A DNA stretch of 64,000 bases from Bacilli bacterium (GCA_017513865.1 JAFWMN010000006.1:107064-171063); one strand, 5' to 3'. Counted from the first letter of the stretch, positions 49,549 through 58,651 are shown. Made by a program: numbers and translations. The notes: generated from the letters alone by a model not told the origin.

Positions 49549-49776
49549 TTGAGTATAATTATGAATGGATTTTCTTGTTTAATGTTAATATTTGCTGTTT
49601 TAGTATTTATAGCTGGCCTTTATATTTATACCGGTCATAATAGCGAACTATTAATATGGAAAGGATATAATAAAAATGCGACTAAAAGTGAATTAGAAAA
49701 TATTGGCAAATGGACAATGATAGCTAGTTTAGTTCCATTTATATTATTTATAGTAGGATTTTTTATAGAGGTTTGA
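49549..49776 (+). CDS. Small two-TM membrane protein (75 aa).
   Basis: It has two hydrophobic helices flanking a short polar loop. Its function is unknown. Confidence 0.4.
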   Translation: MSIIMNGFSCLMLIFAVLVFIAGLYIYTGHNSELLIWKGYNKNATKSELENIGKWTMIASLVPFILFIVGFFIEV

Positions 49777-49782
49777 GACGTT

Positions 49783-50238
49783 ATGAAAAAGATATTTATA
49801 TATTATAGTTTAAGTGGTAATGGTGATTTTGTTGCTTCCTACTTAAAAGAAAAAGGCTTTGATATTAGAAAAGTAATATCTAGTGATAAGATGCCCCAGA
49901 ATACTTTTTTAAGAATTATGACTGGTGGTTTTTTGGCAGGAATTGGTCATAAATCAAAACTAATTAATTTTGATAATGATATAAGGGATTATGATGAGAT
50001 AATAATTGGTTCACCTATTTGGAATGGTAGACTTTCTTGTCCTATTAATTCAGTATTAGATAATCTTGATTTAAACAACAAAAGATTAACTTTTATATTA
50101 TATAGTGGTTCTGGCGAGGCGCCCAAAGTAAATGAAAAATTGTCTCAGAAATTTCCCCAATCTAAAATTATTCATTTAAAAGAACCAAAAAGTAACATAG
50201 AAAACATGAAAACAATTTTTAATGAGGAGGACATATGA
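49783..50238 (+). CDS. Flavodoxin-like fold protein (Flavodoxin_4-type).
   Basis: 'KIFIYYSLSGNGDF' and 'IIIGSPIWNG' FMN-binding-like motifs are present. Confidence 0.55.
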   Translation: MKKIFIYYSLSGNGDFVASYLKEKGFDIRKVISSDKMPQNTFLRIMTGGFLAGIGHKSKLINFDNDIRDYDEIIIGSPIWNGRLSCPINSVLDNLDLNNKRLTFILYSGSGEAPKVNEKLSQKFPQSKIIHLKEPKSNIENMKTIFNEEDI

Positions 50239-51323
50239 ATAAAATTGATATTTTAAAATTTAATAATGAAAAAAAGAATATGGTGTATGGACCTTATTCA
50301 ATATTAGTGGCTTTATCAATGCTTGATGAAGGAGCTACGGAGGCTACTAAAGAAAGTTTAGATTTGTTTTTAGGAAATATTCCTATAAATAAATATAATA
50401 ATATTGAAAATGTTTTGTCAGTAGCTAATAAAATGTATATTAAAGATGATATAGCGAAAGATATAAACGAATCTTATAAAAATGTTTTAAGTGACAAGTA
50501 TAATGCTGAAATTGAAATTAATGATTTTAGCGATGAGTTTGTTATGAATAATTGGATTAACAATAAAACTTTCGGGCAGATAAAAAATATTGTTACTAAA
50601 GATGCTCTTTTAAATAATAATTTATTCTTAATTAATACTACGGCGATCGATATGGAATGGCAAGCAGAAATAAATGGTAGTTCTGTTAATGGCGGAATAT
50701 TTAACAATGGTTCAGAAGTAGAGGCAAGTTATATTTATGGTTTTACAAAGAATATGGCTTCTTATTATGAGAATGACGAGGTTTTATCTTTAGGTCTTAA
50801 TTTAAAAAAATATGATGATAATGATTATGAATTTGTGGCTATTCAACCTAAAGGTGTTGAACTTAGTGAGTATATAAATAATTTAAGTGACAATAAAGTA
50901 AATAATATTCTTGCAAATTTGAAATCTTTGTTAGACGAACCAAGAAATGTAGATATAAGTATTCCTAAATTTTCTTTTAATTATAGTTTGAATTGTTTAA
51001 GTACTTTTAAAAATATGGGTTTAGAAAATGTTTTTGAAAATGCCCATTTTGGCAAAATTGGAGATCTTCCAACACTTAATTTAGATGTTCTTCATAAAAC
51101 TAATATCGATTTTTCTGAGGTTGGTTTAAAAGCCGCAAGTGCAACAGTAGTATTATTATTTGAAGGTGCTTATTTCGATCCAAATGAAAGACTAATTATT
51201 GAAATAAACAAACCATTTATGTTTGTTATAAGAGAAAAGAATAAAAACGATATTTTGTTTATGGGTACTGTTTATAATCCTGTTTTATGGGCTGATGATT
51301 CAAAAAACTATGCTTATAAATAA
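50235..51323 (+). CDS. Serpin-family serine protease inhibitor (intracellular, no signal peptide).
   Basis: It has the 'YGPYSILVALSMLDEGATEATKESL' serpin N-terminal helix, a hinge/RCL 'EVGLKAASATVVLL', and the C-terminal 'KPFMFVIRE…ILFMGTVYNP'. A GAGGAGG RBS is present, and the start overlaps the flavodoxin stop (ATGA). Confidence 0.75.
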   Translation: MNKIDILKFNNEKKNMVYGPYSILVALSMLDEGATEATKESLDLFLGNIPINKYNNIENVLSVANKMYIKDDIAKDINESYKNVLSDKYNAEIEINDFSDEFVMNNWINNKTFGQIKNIVTKDALLNNNLFLINTTAIDMEWQAEINGSSVNGGIFNNGSEVEASYIYGFTKNMASYYENDEVLSLGLNLKKYDDNDYEFVAIQPKGVELSEYINNLSDNKVNNILANLKSLLDEPRNVDISIPKFSFNYSLNCLSTFKNMGLENVFENAHFGKIGDLPTLNLDVLHKTNIDFSEVGLKAASATVVLLFEGAYFDPNERLIIEINKPFMFVIREKNKNDILFMGTVYNPVLWADDSKNYAYK

Positions 51324-51332
51324 ATTTGTGTA

Positions 51333-51360
51333 AAAAATGGTGTAAAGTGCCATTTTTTTG
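51333..51360 (+). terminator. Rho-independent terminator after the serpin gene.
   Basis: AAAATGG-loop-CCATTTTTTT. Confidence 0.5.
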
Positions 51361-51371
51361 TTTCAAAAATA

Positions 51372-51502
51372 TTGTTATTTTGAAAAAGTGTGCATATAAT
51401 TGTATCATAAGGGAGGATGTTAAAGTGGGGCTTGCTATAGCGCTAAATTCAATTTAAGACATCTTCTTCCTTTACAAAAGTCCAAGTTTATTGGACTTTT
51501 TT
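51372..51502 (+). promoter_or_regulatory. Micro transcription unit or attenuator-like leader: a promoter (TTGTTA, 17-nt spacer, TATAAT), SD AAGGGAGG, a 7-codon ORF (MLKWGLL, 51417-51440) and an intrinsic terminator (51477-51502).
   Basis: All elements were read directly from the sequence. It lies 34 nt upstream of an rRNA methyltransferase / RluA operon that also has its own -10 element (TGaTATAAT). Confidence 0.4.
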
Positions 51503-51535
51503 GTTTATAATGATATAATGTTAATAGGTGATTTT

Positions 51536-52405
51536 ATGCTTAGAATTAGTGAATGGGAAGAGTATGAATGTATCGAAGCTGGCAATGGTGAAAAATTAGA
51601 AAGATGGGGAAATATAATTTTAAGGAGACCAGAACCACAAGCGATGTGGGGAATATCTTTTGATGATGATTGGAACAAGATAGATGGATTTTATCATCGA
51701 TCAGATAAAGGTGGTGGTTATTGGGATTTTAAAAATGAACTTCCTTTATTTTGGACTGTATCTTATAAAGATTTAACCTTTAAAGTAACACCTACTAATT
51801 TTAAGCACACAGGATTATTCCCAGAACAAGCAATTAATTGGGATTTTATGATGGATAAGATTAAGAAGGCGGGAAGAGAAGTTAAAGTTCTTAATTTGTT
51901 TGCTTATACAGGTGCGGCTAGTATGGCTTGTGCGAAAGCTGGGGCTTCAGTTGTTCAAGTTGATGCGTCAAAAGGAATGACGGAATGGGCTAAAGAAAAT
52001 AAGCATTTATGTGGGCTTGATGATGCTAATATAAGATTTATTGTTGACGATGTGGTAAAATTTGTTCAAAGAGAATATAGACGTGGTAATAAGTATGATG
52101 CGATTGTGATGGATCCACCTAGTTATGGTAGAGGGCCAAATAAAGAAGTGTGGAAATTTGAAAAGAACATGACTTTTTTACTTGAAGAATGTTTAAAAAT
52201 TATGAGTGATAAGCCATTATTTTTACTTATTAATGCCTATACTACTGGTATCTCAAGCATTGTTCTTGCCAATATGCTTAAGACAATGATGCTTCCACTT
52301 TATCCTAACGGAAAGATTGATGCTGGTGAGGTTGGACTTAAAATTAGTAAAAACAATTTAGTTCTTCCTTGCGGAATATATGGAAGATGGGAAGAAAATG
52401 ATTAA
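51536..52405 (+). CDS. Class I SAM-dependent RNA methyltransferase (RlmI/RlmK-like catalytic domain).
   Basis: 'LNLFAYTGAASMACAKAGASVVQVDAS' (motif I) and 'AIVMDPPSYGRG' (motif IV) are present. An AGGTGA RBS precedes ATG 51536. Confidence 0.6.
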   Translation: MLRISEWEEYECIEAGNGEKLERWGNIILRRPEPQAMWGISFDDDWNKIDGFYHRSDKGGGYWDFKNELPLFWTVSYKDLTFKVTPTNFKHTGLFPEQAINWDFMMDKIKKAGREVKVLNLFAYTGAASMACAKAGASVVQVDASKGMTEWAKENKHLCGLDDANIRFIVDDVVKFVQREYRRGNKYDAIVMDPPSYGRGPNKEVWKFEKNMTFLLEECLKIMSDKPLFLLINAYTTGISSIVLANMLKTMMLPLYPNGKIDAGEVGLKISKNNLVLPCGIYGRWEEND

Positions 52406-53048
52406 TATAATTTATGAGGATAATCATTTGTTGATAGTTGAAAAACCTGTAAACATTCCGGTTCAAGCTGATAGTAGTGGCGATGAAGATTTACTTTCGA
52501 TGTTGAAAAAATATCTAAAAGAAAAATATAATAAACCAGGCAATGTATATCTTGGATTAGTCCACAGGCTTGATAGACCAGTATCCGGGATTATGGTTTT
52601 TGCTAAAACTAGTAAAGCAGCCAGTAGACTTTCTAAGCAAATTGCTAGTCATGAATTTAGAAAGACTTATTTAGCTGTATGTGAAGGCAAAGTTATGAAA
52701 TTTGGAACTTTTACTGACAAGCTAGAGAAAGATAAAAAAAATAATATTACAAAAGTTTCTGCTAATGGTAAAGAGGCTATTCTTAGTTTTAATTTGCTTG
52801 ATTATAAAGATGGCTTGTCTTTGGTTGAAATATATTTAAAAACAGGAAGAAGCCATCAAATAAGGGTTCAATTTTCTTCTAGAGGTTTTCCTTTATATGG
52901 TGATCAAAAATATAATGTAAATTCTAAAAAAGATAATATTGCTTTATTTGCTAAAGAAGTAGAATTTTATCATCCTGTAACTAATGAGTTAATTAAATTT
53001 TCTTTATCAAAACCTCAAAGATATCCTTTTAATATATTTAAAGATTAG
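52398..53048 (+). CDS. RluA-family pseudouridine synthase.
   Basis: 'IIYEDNHLLIVEKPVNIPV' and the catalytic 'GLVHRLDRPVSGIMVFAKT' are present. Confidence 0.85.
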   Translation: MINIIYEDNHLLIVEKPVNIPVQADSSGDEDLLSMLKKYLKEKYNKPGNVYLGLVHRLDRPVSGIMVFAKTSKAASRLSKQIASHEFRKTYLAVCEGKVMKFGTFTDKLEKDKKNNITKVSANGKEAILSFNLLDYKDGLSLVEIYLKTGRSHQIRVQFSSRGFPLYGDQKYNVNSKKDNIALFAKEVEFYHPVTNELIKFSLSKPQRYPFNIFKD

Positions 53049-53056
53049 GTGATTTT

Positions 53057-53728
53057 ATGAAATTATTAAAAAGATTAATTTATGTTTTAATATTTTTGTT
53101 AATATGTTATTGTATTAGTTTTTCTTTTTTAAATAAAGCCAATTTAAAACCAGTTAATGCTCAGCTTAATGATCTGGATTTAAGTGGTTTTAATAAGCTT
53201 ATGATAGTAGCTCATCCAGAAGATGAAACTGTTTGGGGTGGAGTTCATCTCCTTTCTGATAATTATTTAGTTGTTTGTGTATCATGTGGTTTTGATAGTA
53301 AAAAGGAAAAAAAAATGGAAAAAGTATTGGAAATCACTAAAGATAGGTTAGTAAAATTAGGTTATTCCGACAAATTTTTAGTGCGTAGACATTATAGAGG
53401 CGTTAAAAAACGCATAAAAAAAATTCTCAATTATAAAACTTGGGAGTTAGTTGTTACGCATAATCCTGATGGTGAAACTGGTAATTTAGAACATAAACAA
53501 ATTAGTGAAATTGTTTCTAATTTAGATATTTATAATTTATATTATTTTGGGAATTATTATAATAAAAAGGAATTAATTAAATTAGATAAAGTGACAACAT
53601 TGAAAGGAGATTTAATTAAAGACAAAATAAATGTTTTAATTAAAACATATCATGATAAAAATTTAAATAATTATAAGCACATGTTTCCTTTTGAAGACTG
53701 GATAAGTAGAGAAAATTATAAGGTATAA
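53057..53728 (+). CDS. PIG-L / LmbE-family deacetylase with an N-terminal membrane anchor.
   Basis: The 'LMIVAHPEDETVWGG' (AHPDDE-type) motif follows a TM helix. Confidence 0.65.
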   Translation: MKLLKRLIYVLIFLLICYCISFSFLNKANLKPVNAQLNDLDLSGFNKLMIVAHPEDETVWGGVHLLSDNYLVVCVSCGFDSKKEKKMEKVLEITKDRLVKLGYSDKFLVRRHYRGVKKRIKKILNYKTWELVVTHNPDGETGNLEHKQISEIVSNLDIYNLYYFGNYYNKKELIKLDKVTTLKGDLIKDKINVLIKTYHDKNLNNYKHMFPFEDWISRENYKV

Positions 53729-53807
53729 CTTATAATTTTTTTTATTAAAAAAAGGAAATGATATTTTTTTTCAGTATATATATAGTAGAGGGGCAGAAAG
53801 GAGAGGC

Positions 53808-54707
53808 ATGAAAAAAATTGTTTTTGCAGTACTATTATCCCTTTTTGTTTTTACAAAGCCCGTTTTAGCTGAAGAAACAACAATAACGTATAATAAGTTG
53901 CAAGGAATTGCTTATAACCAGAAAATAGGCAACGAATTAAAATCGAATATAGTAACTTTTTTCCAAATGAAAAATCGAATTGCTTACTGTATTGAGCCAG
54001 GTGTGGAAATAAATGAAAGGTATTATGATATTGGCTATGATTGGAATGTGACTAATTTGTCTAGTGAATTGAAAGAAGAAATAGAAAAAATAGGATATTA
54101 TGGCTATGAATATCCCGGGCATAATAATAGTTATTATTATATTGCAGCTCAAGAGTTGATTTGGAAAGCTGTAAGACCAGATATCGAAGTGACATGGACT
54201 ACTGAAAAAAATTTAGGTGGGTCAATTATTGATATCAGTAAAGAGAAAAATGAAATAATGGATTTAGTTAATAATCATTCTTTAGTTCCAAGTTTTGCAG
54301 ATCAAATGTTTATTGATTATACGGGCAAAGAAATAATTTTAAAAGATGAAAATAATGTTCTAGATTATTATGAAGTTTCTGATAGTAACAATCATGCAAT
54401 TATTAGAGATGGTAATGTGTTAAAAATAAAGCTCAACGAAAAAAAAGTAGATGATGAAGAAATATTTTTGACCCGAAAATATTATGATAAGGAACCATTA
54501 TTAGTTTATAGTAGAGGAAATTCACAAAAATTAGCTGCTCTTAGAATTACAATGGATAGAAGATCTAGTTTCACTATTGGAAATAAAGAAGAACCAGAAG
54601 AAATTATAGAAGTTCCTGATACTGGGATTGATATTAATTTAGGGGAGTCAATATTTATGACTGTCTTAGGCTTAGGAATGATTATTAGTGTTTTTAAAAT
54701 TAATTAA
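53808..54707 (+). CDS. Sortase-anchored surface protein with a putative thioester (TQXA-like) domain and a VPDTG sorting signal.
   Basis: A signal peptide is present. 'AYCIEPG' fits the TED Cys motif [YFL]C-phi-[DNE], and 'IAAQELIWKA' fits the Gln motif phi-Q-x-phi-phi-W. The C-terminus is 'VPDTG' plus a hydrophobic segment and a 'KIN' tail. Confidence 0.55.
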   Translation: MKKIVFAVLLSLFVFTKPVLAEETTITYNKLQGIAYNQKIGNELKSNIVTFFQMKNRIAYCIEPGVEINERYYDIGYDWNVTNLSSELKEEIEKIGYYGYEYPGHNNSYYYIAAQELIWKAVRPDIEVTWTTEKNLGGSIIDISKEKNEIMDLVNNHSLVPSFADQMFIDYTGKEIILKDENNVLDYYEVSDSNNHAIIRDGNVLKIKLNEKKVDDEEIFLTRKYYDKEPLLVYSRGNSQKLAALRITMDRRSSFTIGNKEEPEEIIEVPDTGIDINLGESIFMTVLGLGMIISVFKIN

Positions 54708-55239
54708 ATTTTTATCATTTGTATTTTTGTTTTTTTCATTTAGTCTATGTAATTATAATGAAAACAGATTAAATAATAAAGTAGATGAATATATAAGTCA
54801 CAATTATTTAAACGAAAAAGTTTCAGCAGAGCCATCTAAACCGATTACTTTAAGATCTAATCAAAGTATTTATATTCCTAAAATTAATTTAGAGAAAAAT
54901 TTATATAGCATTAATTCTAAACTTAATACAGTTAATAAGAATATTCAAATATTAAAAAATTCTGATATGCCGGATAAAGAAAACGGTAATTTTGTATTAG
55001 CCGCACATAGTGGGAATAGTTCTGTTTCTTATTTTCATAATTTATATAAACTTGATATCGGTGATGAGGTAATAATAAAATATAATAATCATAAATATAT
55101 TTATGCTGTGGATAAAAAATATGAGGTAATTAAAACAGGTAAAGTATCAATTAAAAGGGATAAAAACAAAAATTCAATAACGTTAATAACTTGTAAGGAA
55201 AAAGACAAGCAATTAGTTGTTATTGGCTATTTAACTTAA
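54688..55239 (+). CDS. Sortase (small, class B/D-like) transpeptidase.
   Basis: It has an N-terminal TM anchor, a 'LAAHSG' His motif and the 'TLITC' catalytic Cys motif. A GTG start overlaps the substrate gene's 3' end. Confidence 0.8.
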   Translation: MFLKLIKFLSFVFLFFSFSLCNYNENRLNNKVDEYISHNYLNEKVSAEPSKPITLRSNQSIYIPKINLEKNLYSINSKLNTVNKNIQILKNSDMPDKENGNFVLAAHSGNSSVSYFHNLYKLDIGDEVIIKYNNHKYIYAVDKKYEVIKTGKVSIKRDKNKNSITLITCKEKDKQLVVIGYLT

Positions 55240-55295
55240 AAAGACGAAATGTCTTTTTTTATTAGTAATATGAATATATTTATATAGGTGATTGA

Positions 55296-55958
55296 ATGAG
55301 GAAAACTCGTATAGTTATATTTGTGGTTTTTTTAATATTTTTATCGTTTTTTAATGTAGTTTGGGCTAGTGATAAAAAAATGAATTTGTTTTCAAAAGTA
55401 ATATATTTAGATCCTGGACATGGAGGGGCAGATAGTGGGGCTTATTATAAGAATTATAGAGAAGCTGACATTAATCTCCAAATAAGTAAAAAACTTATGG
55501 ATATTTTAAAAAAAGAAGGGGCTATAGTTTATTTGACAAGGTATGATGATTATGATTTATCTATTTCTAATGCTTGGAATAGAAAACGTAGTGATTTGTC
55601 TAGAAGAGCTAATATTATAAATAAATCTAAATGTGATTTATATTTATCTATTCATTTAAATGCTGAGGATAGTGGTTTATTTAGAGGAGCTGAAGTTTAT
55701 TATGATACGATAAATGCTGAAAATGAAAAAATTGCTTATATTTTTCAAGATGAATTCAGAAGACATTTGAATTCAAATAGGAGTTTTAAGGAAAACAGTA
55801 CTAAATATTTACAAAGAAGAGTTAATAGACCAGGTGTTTTATTAGAGGTTGGCTTTTTATCTAATGCTAGCGATAGGGCTTTATTAATAGATGCGACTTA
55901 TCAAAATAAAATAGCTAATGTTATAAAAACTGGTATTATTAGATATTTTGATAGTTAA
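55296..55958 (+). CDS. cwlD: N-acetylmuramoyl-L-alanine amidase, Amidase_3 family (CwlD-like, germination-specific).
   Basis: A signal/TM segment is followed by 'VIYLDPGHGGADSGA', 'SIHLNAED' and 'RGAEVYY'. It sits in the rpsI-…-cwlD synteny seen in Bacillus. Confidence 0.8.
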   Translation: MRKTRIVIFVVFLIFLSFFNVVWASDKKMNLFSKVIYLDPGHGGADSGAYYKNYREADINLQISKKLMDILKKEGAIVYLTRYDDYDLSISNAWNRKRSDLSRRANIINKSKCDLYLSIHLNAEDSGLFRGAEVYYDTINAENEKIAYIFQDEFRRHLNSNRSFKENSTKYLQRRVNRPGVLLEVGFLSNASDRALLIDATYQNKIANVIKTGIIRYFDS

Positions 55959-56022
55959 TGTGCATAGGAAAAAAATGTCTATAATACCTTTTTTTGTGTT
56001 ATAATGAATAATAGGTGATAAT

Positions 56023-56955
56023 ATGACAACGAAAACATTTCGAACTTTAGATGAACAAATTGGTATTTTAAGAAGCAAGGGACTTACTGTTAATGACGAA
56101 GAAAATGCTAGAAAAGTTTTATATAGAGAAAATTACTTTTTTATAAGTGGATATAGGCATTTATTTACGCTTAAAGGAGAAAAAGATAATTATATAAAGG
56201 GAACCACTTTTGATGAACTTTATGCGACTTTTGTTTTTGATAGAAGAATTAGAAATACCTTTTTTAAGAATATTTTAATTGTTGAAAATAATTTAAAATC
56301 AATTATGAGTTATCAATTGTCTAAGAAATATGGTATTAAAGAAAAAGACTATTTGGAACCAACAAATTTTTCTGATGATGCGATTAGATCAAGGCAAGTT
56401 TACGATGTTTTAAATAAAGTTAAAAGGCAAATTAGAGTTAATGGTAATAAGCATACAGCTACTTATCATTATATAAATAATTATGGATATATTCCTTTAT
56501 GGATTTTAGTTAAAGTTTTATCATTTGGAATTATGTCGGAGTTTTTTGATATTTTAAAACTAGAAGATAAAGAAGAAATTATAAAACCATATCAAATTGA
56601 TGTTGAAACAATGGTTGTATTTTTAGCTTTGCTTTCTAATTTTAGAAATGTTTGTGCGCATGAGGATATGCTTTATGATCATAGAACTCAAAGATCTATT
56701 CCTGATACAAAATATCATGAGGCATTAGGCATTGAAAAAAATGAGGATGGTTATATATACGGTAAAAATGATTTATTTAGTTTGGTAATTATTCTTAAAT
56801 ATATGCTTAGAGATGAAGAATTTTATGAAATGATAGATGAGATTAAAAGAGAAGTTGATCTTTTAGATGAAAATGTTGACATTGTTCCTTTAGACCATAT
56901 TTTAAACAAAATTGGTTTTCCTAGTAATTGGTATGATATAAAGGATCTTGATTAG
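56023..56955 (+). CDS. Abi_2 family (AbiD/AbiF-like) abortive-infection protein.
   Basis: It is ~310 aa, with 'RRIRNTFFKNILIVENNLKS' and the conserved 'LSNFRNVCAHEDMLYD' block typical of Abi_2. It has its own promoter (TGtgTTATAAT at ~55995). Confidence 0.65.
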   Translation: MTTKTFRTLDEQIGILRSKGLTVNDEENARKVLYRENYFFISGYRHLFTLKGEKDNYIKGTTFDELYATFVFDRRIRNTFFKNILIVENNLKSIMSYQLSKKYGIKEKDYLEPTNFSDDAIRSRQVYDVLNKVKRQIRVNGNKHTATYHYINNYGYIPLWILVKVLSFGIMSEFFDILKLEDKEEIIKPYQIDVETMVVFLALLSNFRNVCAHEDMLYDHRTQRSIPDTKYHEALGIEKNEDGYIYGKNDLFSLVIILKYMLRDEEFYEMIDEIKREVDLLDENVDIVPLDHILNKIGFPSNWYDIKDLD

Positions 56956-56965
56956 GAGGAGTAGT

Positions 56966-58042
56966 ATGAGAGAAAAAGGTAGAAATTTAATAATTTTAAT
57001 AATAGTATTTTGTTTAGGTGCTTGTGTGGCTTACTTTTTTATGGACAATAGTACACCTAGTTCTAATGGCCCAACAATAAATAAAAAAGTTACAATTACC
57101 TCTAATGATTCAATTAATGAATCTATTCAAAAAATTTATGATTCAGTAGTTGTGATTAGTAATTATCGAAATGGCAGATTAGCTGGTTATGGCTCAGGTT
57201 TTGTGTATAAGAAAGATAATAAAAATGGTTATATAATGACTAACAACCATGTTGTCGAAGGAGCTAGTGAGATTAAAGTTACTTTAAACTCTGGTGAAGA
57301 AGTAGAAGCCAAAGTTTTAGGAACCGATAGTTATATGGATATCGCTATTGTATCTATCGATGCTGACAAGGTAATGAATGTTGCAGAGATAGGTGATAGT
57401 TCTAAATCTAAGTTAGGTGATACTATTTTTACTGTAGGAACTCCAATAAGTACTGATTATTCAGGTACAGTTACTAAAGGAATTATTTCTGGTGAAAACA
57501 GAGAAATTACTGTTACTAATAAAGGAACATCCTATGTAATGGAGGCAATTCAAATTGATGCTTCTATTAATCCAGGGAATAGTGGTGGACCTCTCGCTAA
57601 CATTAATGGAGAAGTTATTGGTGTTAATTCTGTTAAACTTGTAGAAAACTCTATTGAAGGTATGGGCTTTGCTATTCCAATTGAAGTAGCTATGTCACAA
57701 GTTTCTAAACTCGAAAAGGGTGAAAAAATTGATAGACCTTTAATAGGAATCTCTTCTTATGATTTATCAATGGCAGTATATCTTGGTAGAACAGATATAA
57801 ATTCTAATATTAAAAATGGAGTTATTGTAAATTCTGTTGAAGAGGGTTCAGATGCAGCTGAAGCAGGAATTTTAAAAAATGATATAATTACTAAAGTTGA
57901 TGGTAAAGAAGTTAAAAGTTCCGCTCATTTAAAATATTTACTTTATAAGCATGAAATAGGAGATATTGTTAAATTAACTGTTTATAGAGAAAACAAAGAA
58001 AAAGAACTTACTTTAAAACTAACACATAAAATAGGAGACTAA
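56966..58042 (+). CDS. htrA: HtrA/DegP-family serine protease with a C-terminal PDZ domain.
   Basis: A TM anchor is present, with catalytic 'MTNNHVV' (His), a 'DIAIV' Asp and 'NPGNSGGPL' (Ser). The PDZ segment is 'GVIVNSVEEGSDAAEAGI'. A GGAGGAG RBS precedes ATG 56966. Confidence 0.88.
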   Translation: MREKGRNLIILIIVFCLGACVAYFFMDNSTPSSNGPTINKKVTITSNDSINESIQKIYDSVVVISNYRNGRLAGYGSGFVYKKDNKNGYIMTNNHVVEGASEIKVTLNSGEEVEAKVLGTDSYMDIAIVSIDADKVMNVAEIGDSSKSKLGDTIFTVGTPISTDYSGTVTKGIISGENREITVTNKGTSYVMEAIQIDASINPGNSGGPLANINGEVIGVNSVKLVENSIEGMGFAIPIEVAMSQVSKLEKGEKIDRPLIGISSYDLSMAVYLGRTDINSNIKNGVIVNSVEEGSDAAEAGILKNDIITKVDGKEVKSSAHLKYLLYKHEIGDIVKLTVYRENKEKELTLKLTHKIGD

Positions 58043-58054
58043 AATTAGTCTCCT

Positions 58055-58480
58055 TTATCTTATTTCCGGACAAGTTCCTATACTTGGAATGTAGAAACAA
58101 TGATTTTTATATCTTCCACTATTATATTGATCCCACCATGTTTTAGCGCAATTCTCATTATTTTTAGGGGCATAAAACCATAAAGCATTGGTTGCTGGAT
58201 AGTAGTATTCTCCTTTTAATACTCTTTCAGCCAGATTTTGTTCAGTAGTTGTTGGATTACTAAAAAAAAGAGGGTTATTAATTCCTGAAAAACCACCAGG
58301 GTTTTGATAAATAACATCAGTTATTGTTTTTGTATTAGTGAAAGTTAGGCAGTTTGCTAGGGCTCTATTGACAACGACATTGCCTACCATTAACATACCT
58401 AAATCACCTTCACCAAGAGCTTCGGCTCGCATTATTCTAGCTAGCAATTCTTTTTCTTTTGTTGATGCCTGTAAAATCAT
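58055..58480 (-). CDS. SleB/CwlJ-family spore cortex-lytic cell-wall hydrolase (Hydrolase_2).
   Basis: 'ELLARIMRAEALGEGDLGMLMVGNVVVNRA' is characteristic of the family, and the 141-aa length matches CwlJ. Confidence 0.75.
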   Translation of the reverse strand: MILQASTKEKELLARIMRAEALGEGDLGMLMVGNVVVNRALANCLTFTNTKTITDVIYQNPGGFSGINNPLFFSNPTTTEQNLAERVLKGEYYYPATNALWFYAPKNNENCAKTWWDQYNSGRYKNHCFYIPSIGTCPEIR

Positions 58481-58565
58481 AGATAAATCACCACTACATT
58501 ATATGTTTGAAATTTAAAGAAGTTGAATAATATTTAATGATATGGTATAATTATTGTGTCCTTTT

Positions 58566-58641
58566 AGGGGAATAGTTCAGCTGGTAGAACGTCGGTCTCC
58601 AAAACCGAATGTCGTGGGTTCAAATCCTGCTTCCCCTGCCA
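58566..58641 (+). tRNA. tRNA-Trp (anticodon CCA).
   Basis: The cloverleaf has acceptor AGGGGAA/TTCCCCT, an anticodon loop CTCCAAA, a T-loop TTCAAAT and an encoded 3' CCA. It is 76 nt long. Confidence 0.9.
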
Positions 58642-58651
58642 TTTAGAATAT

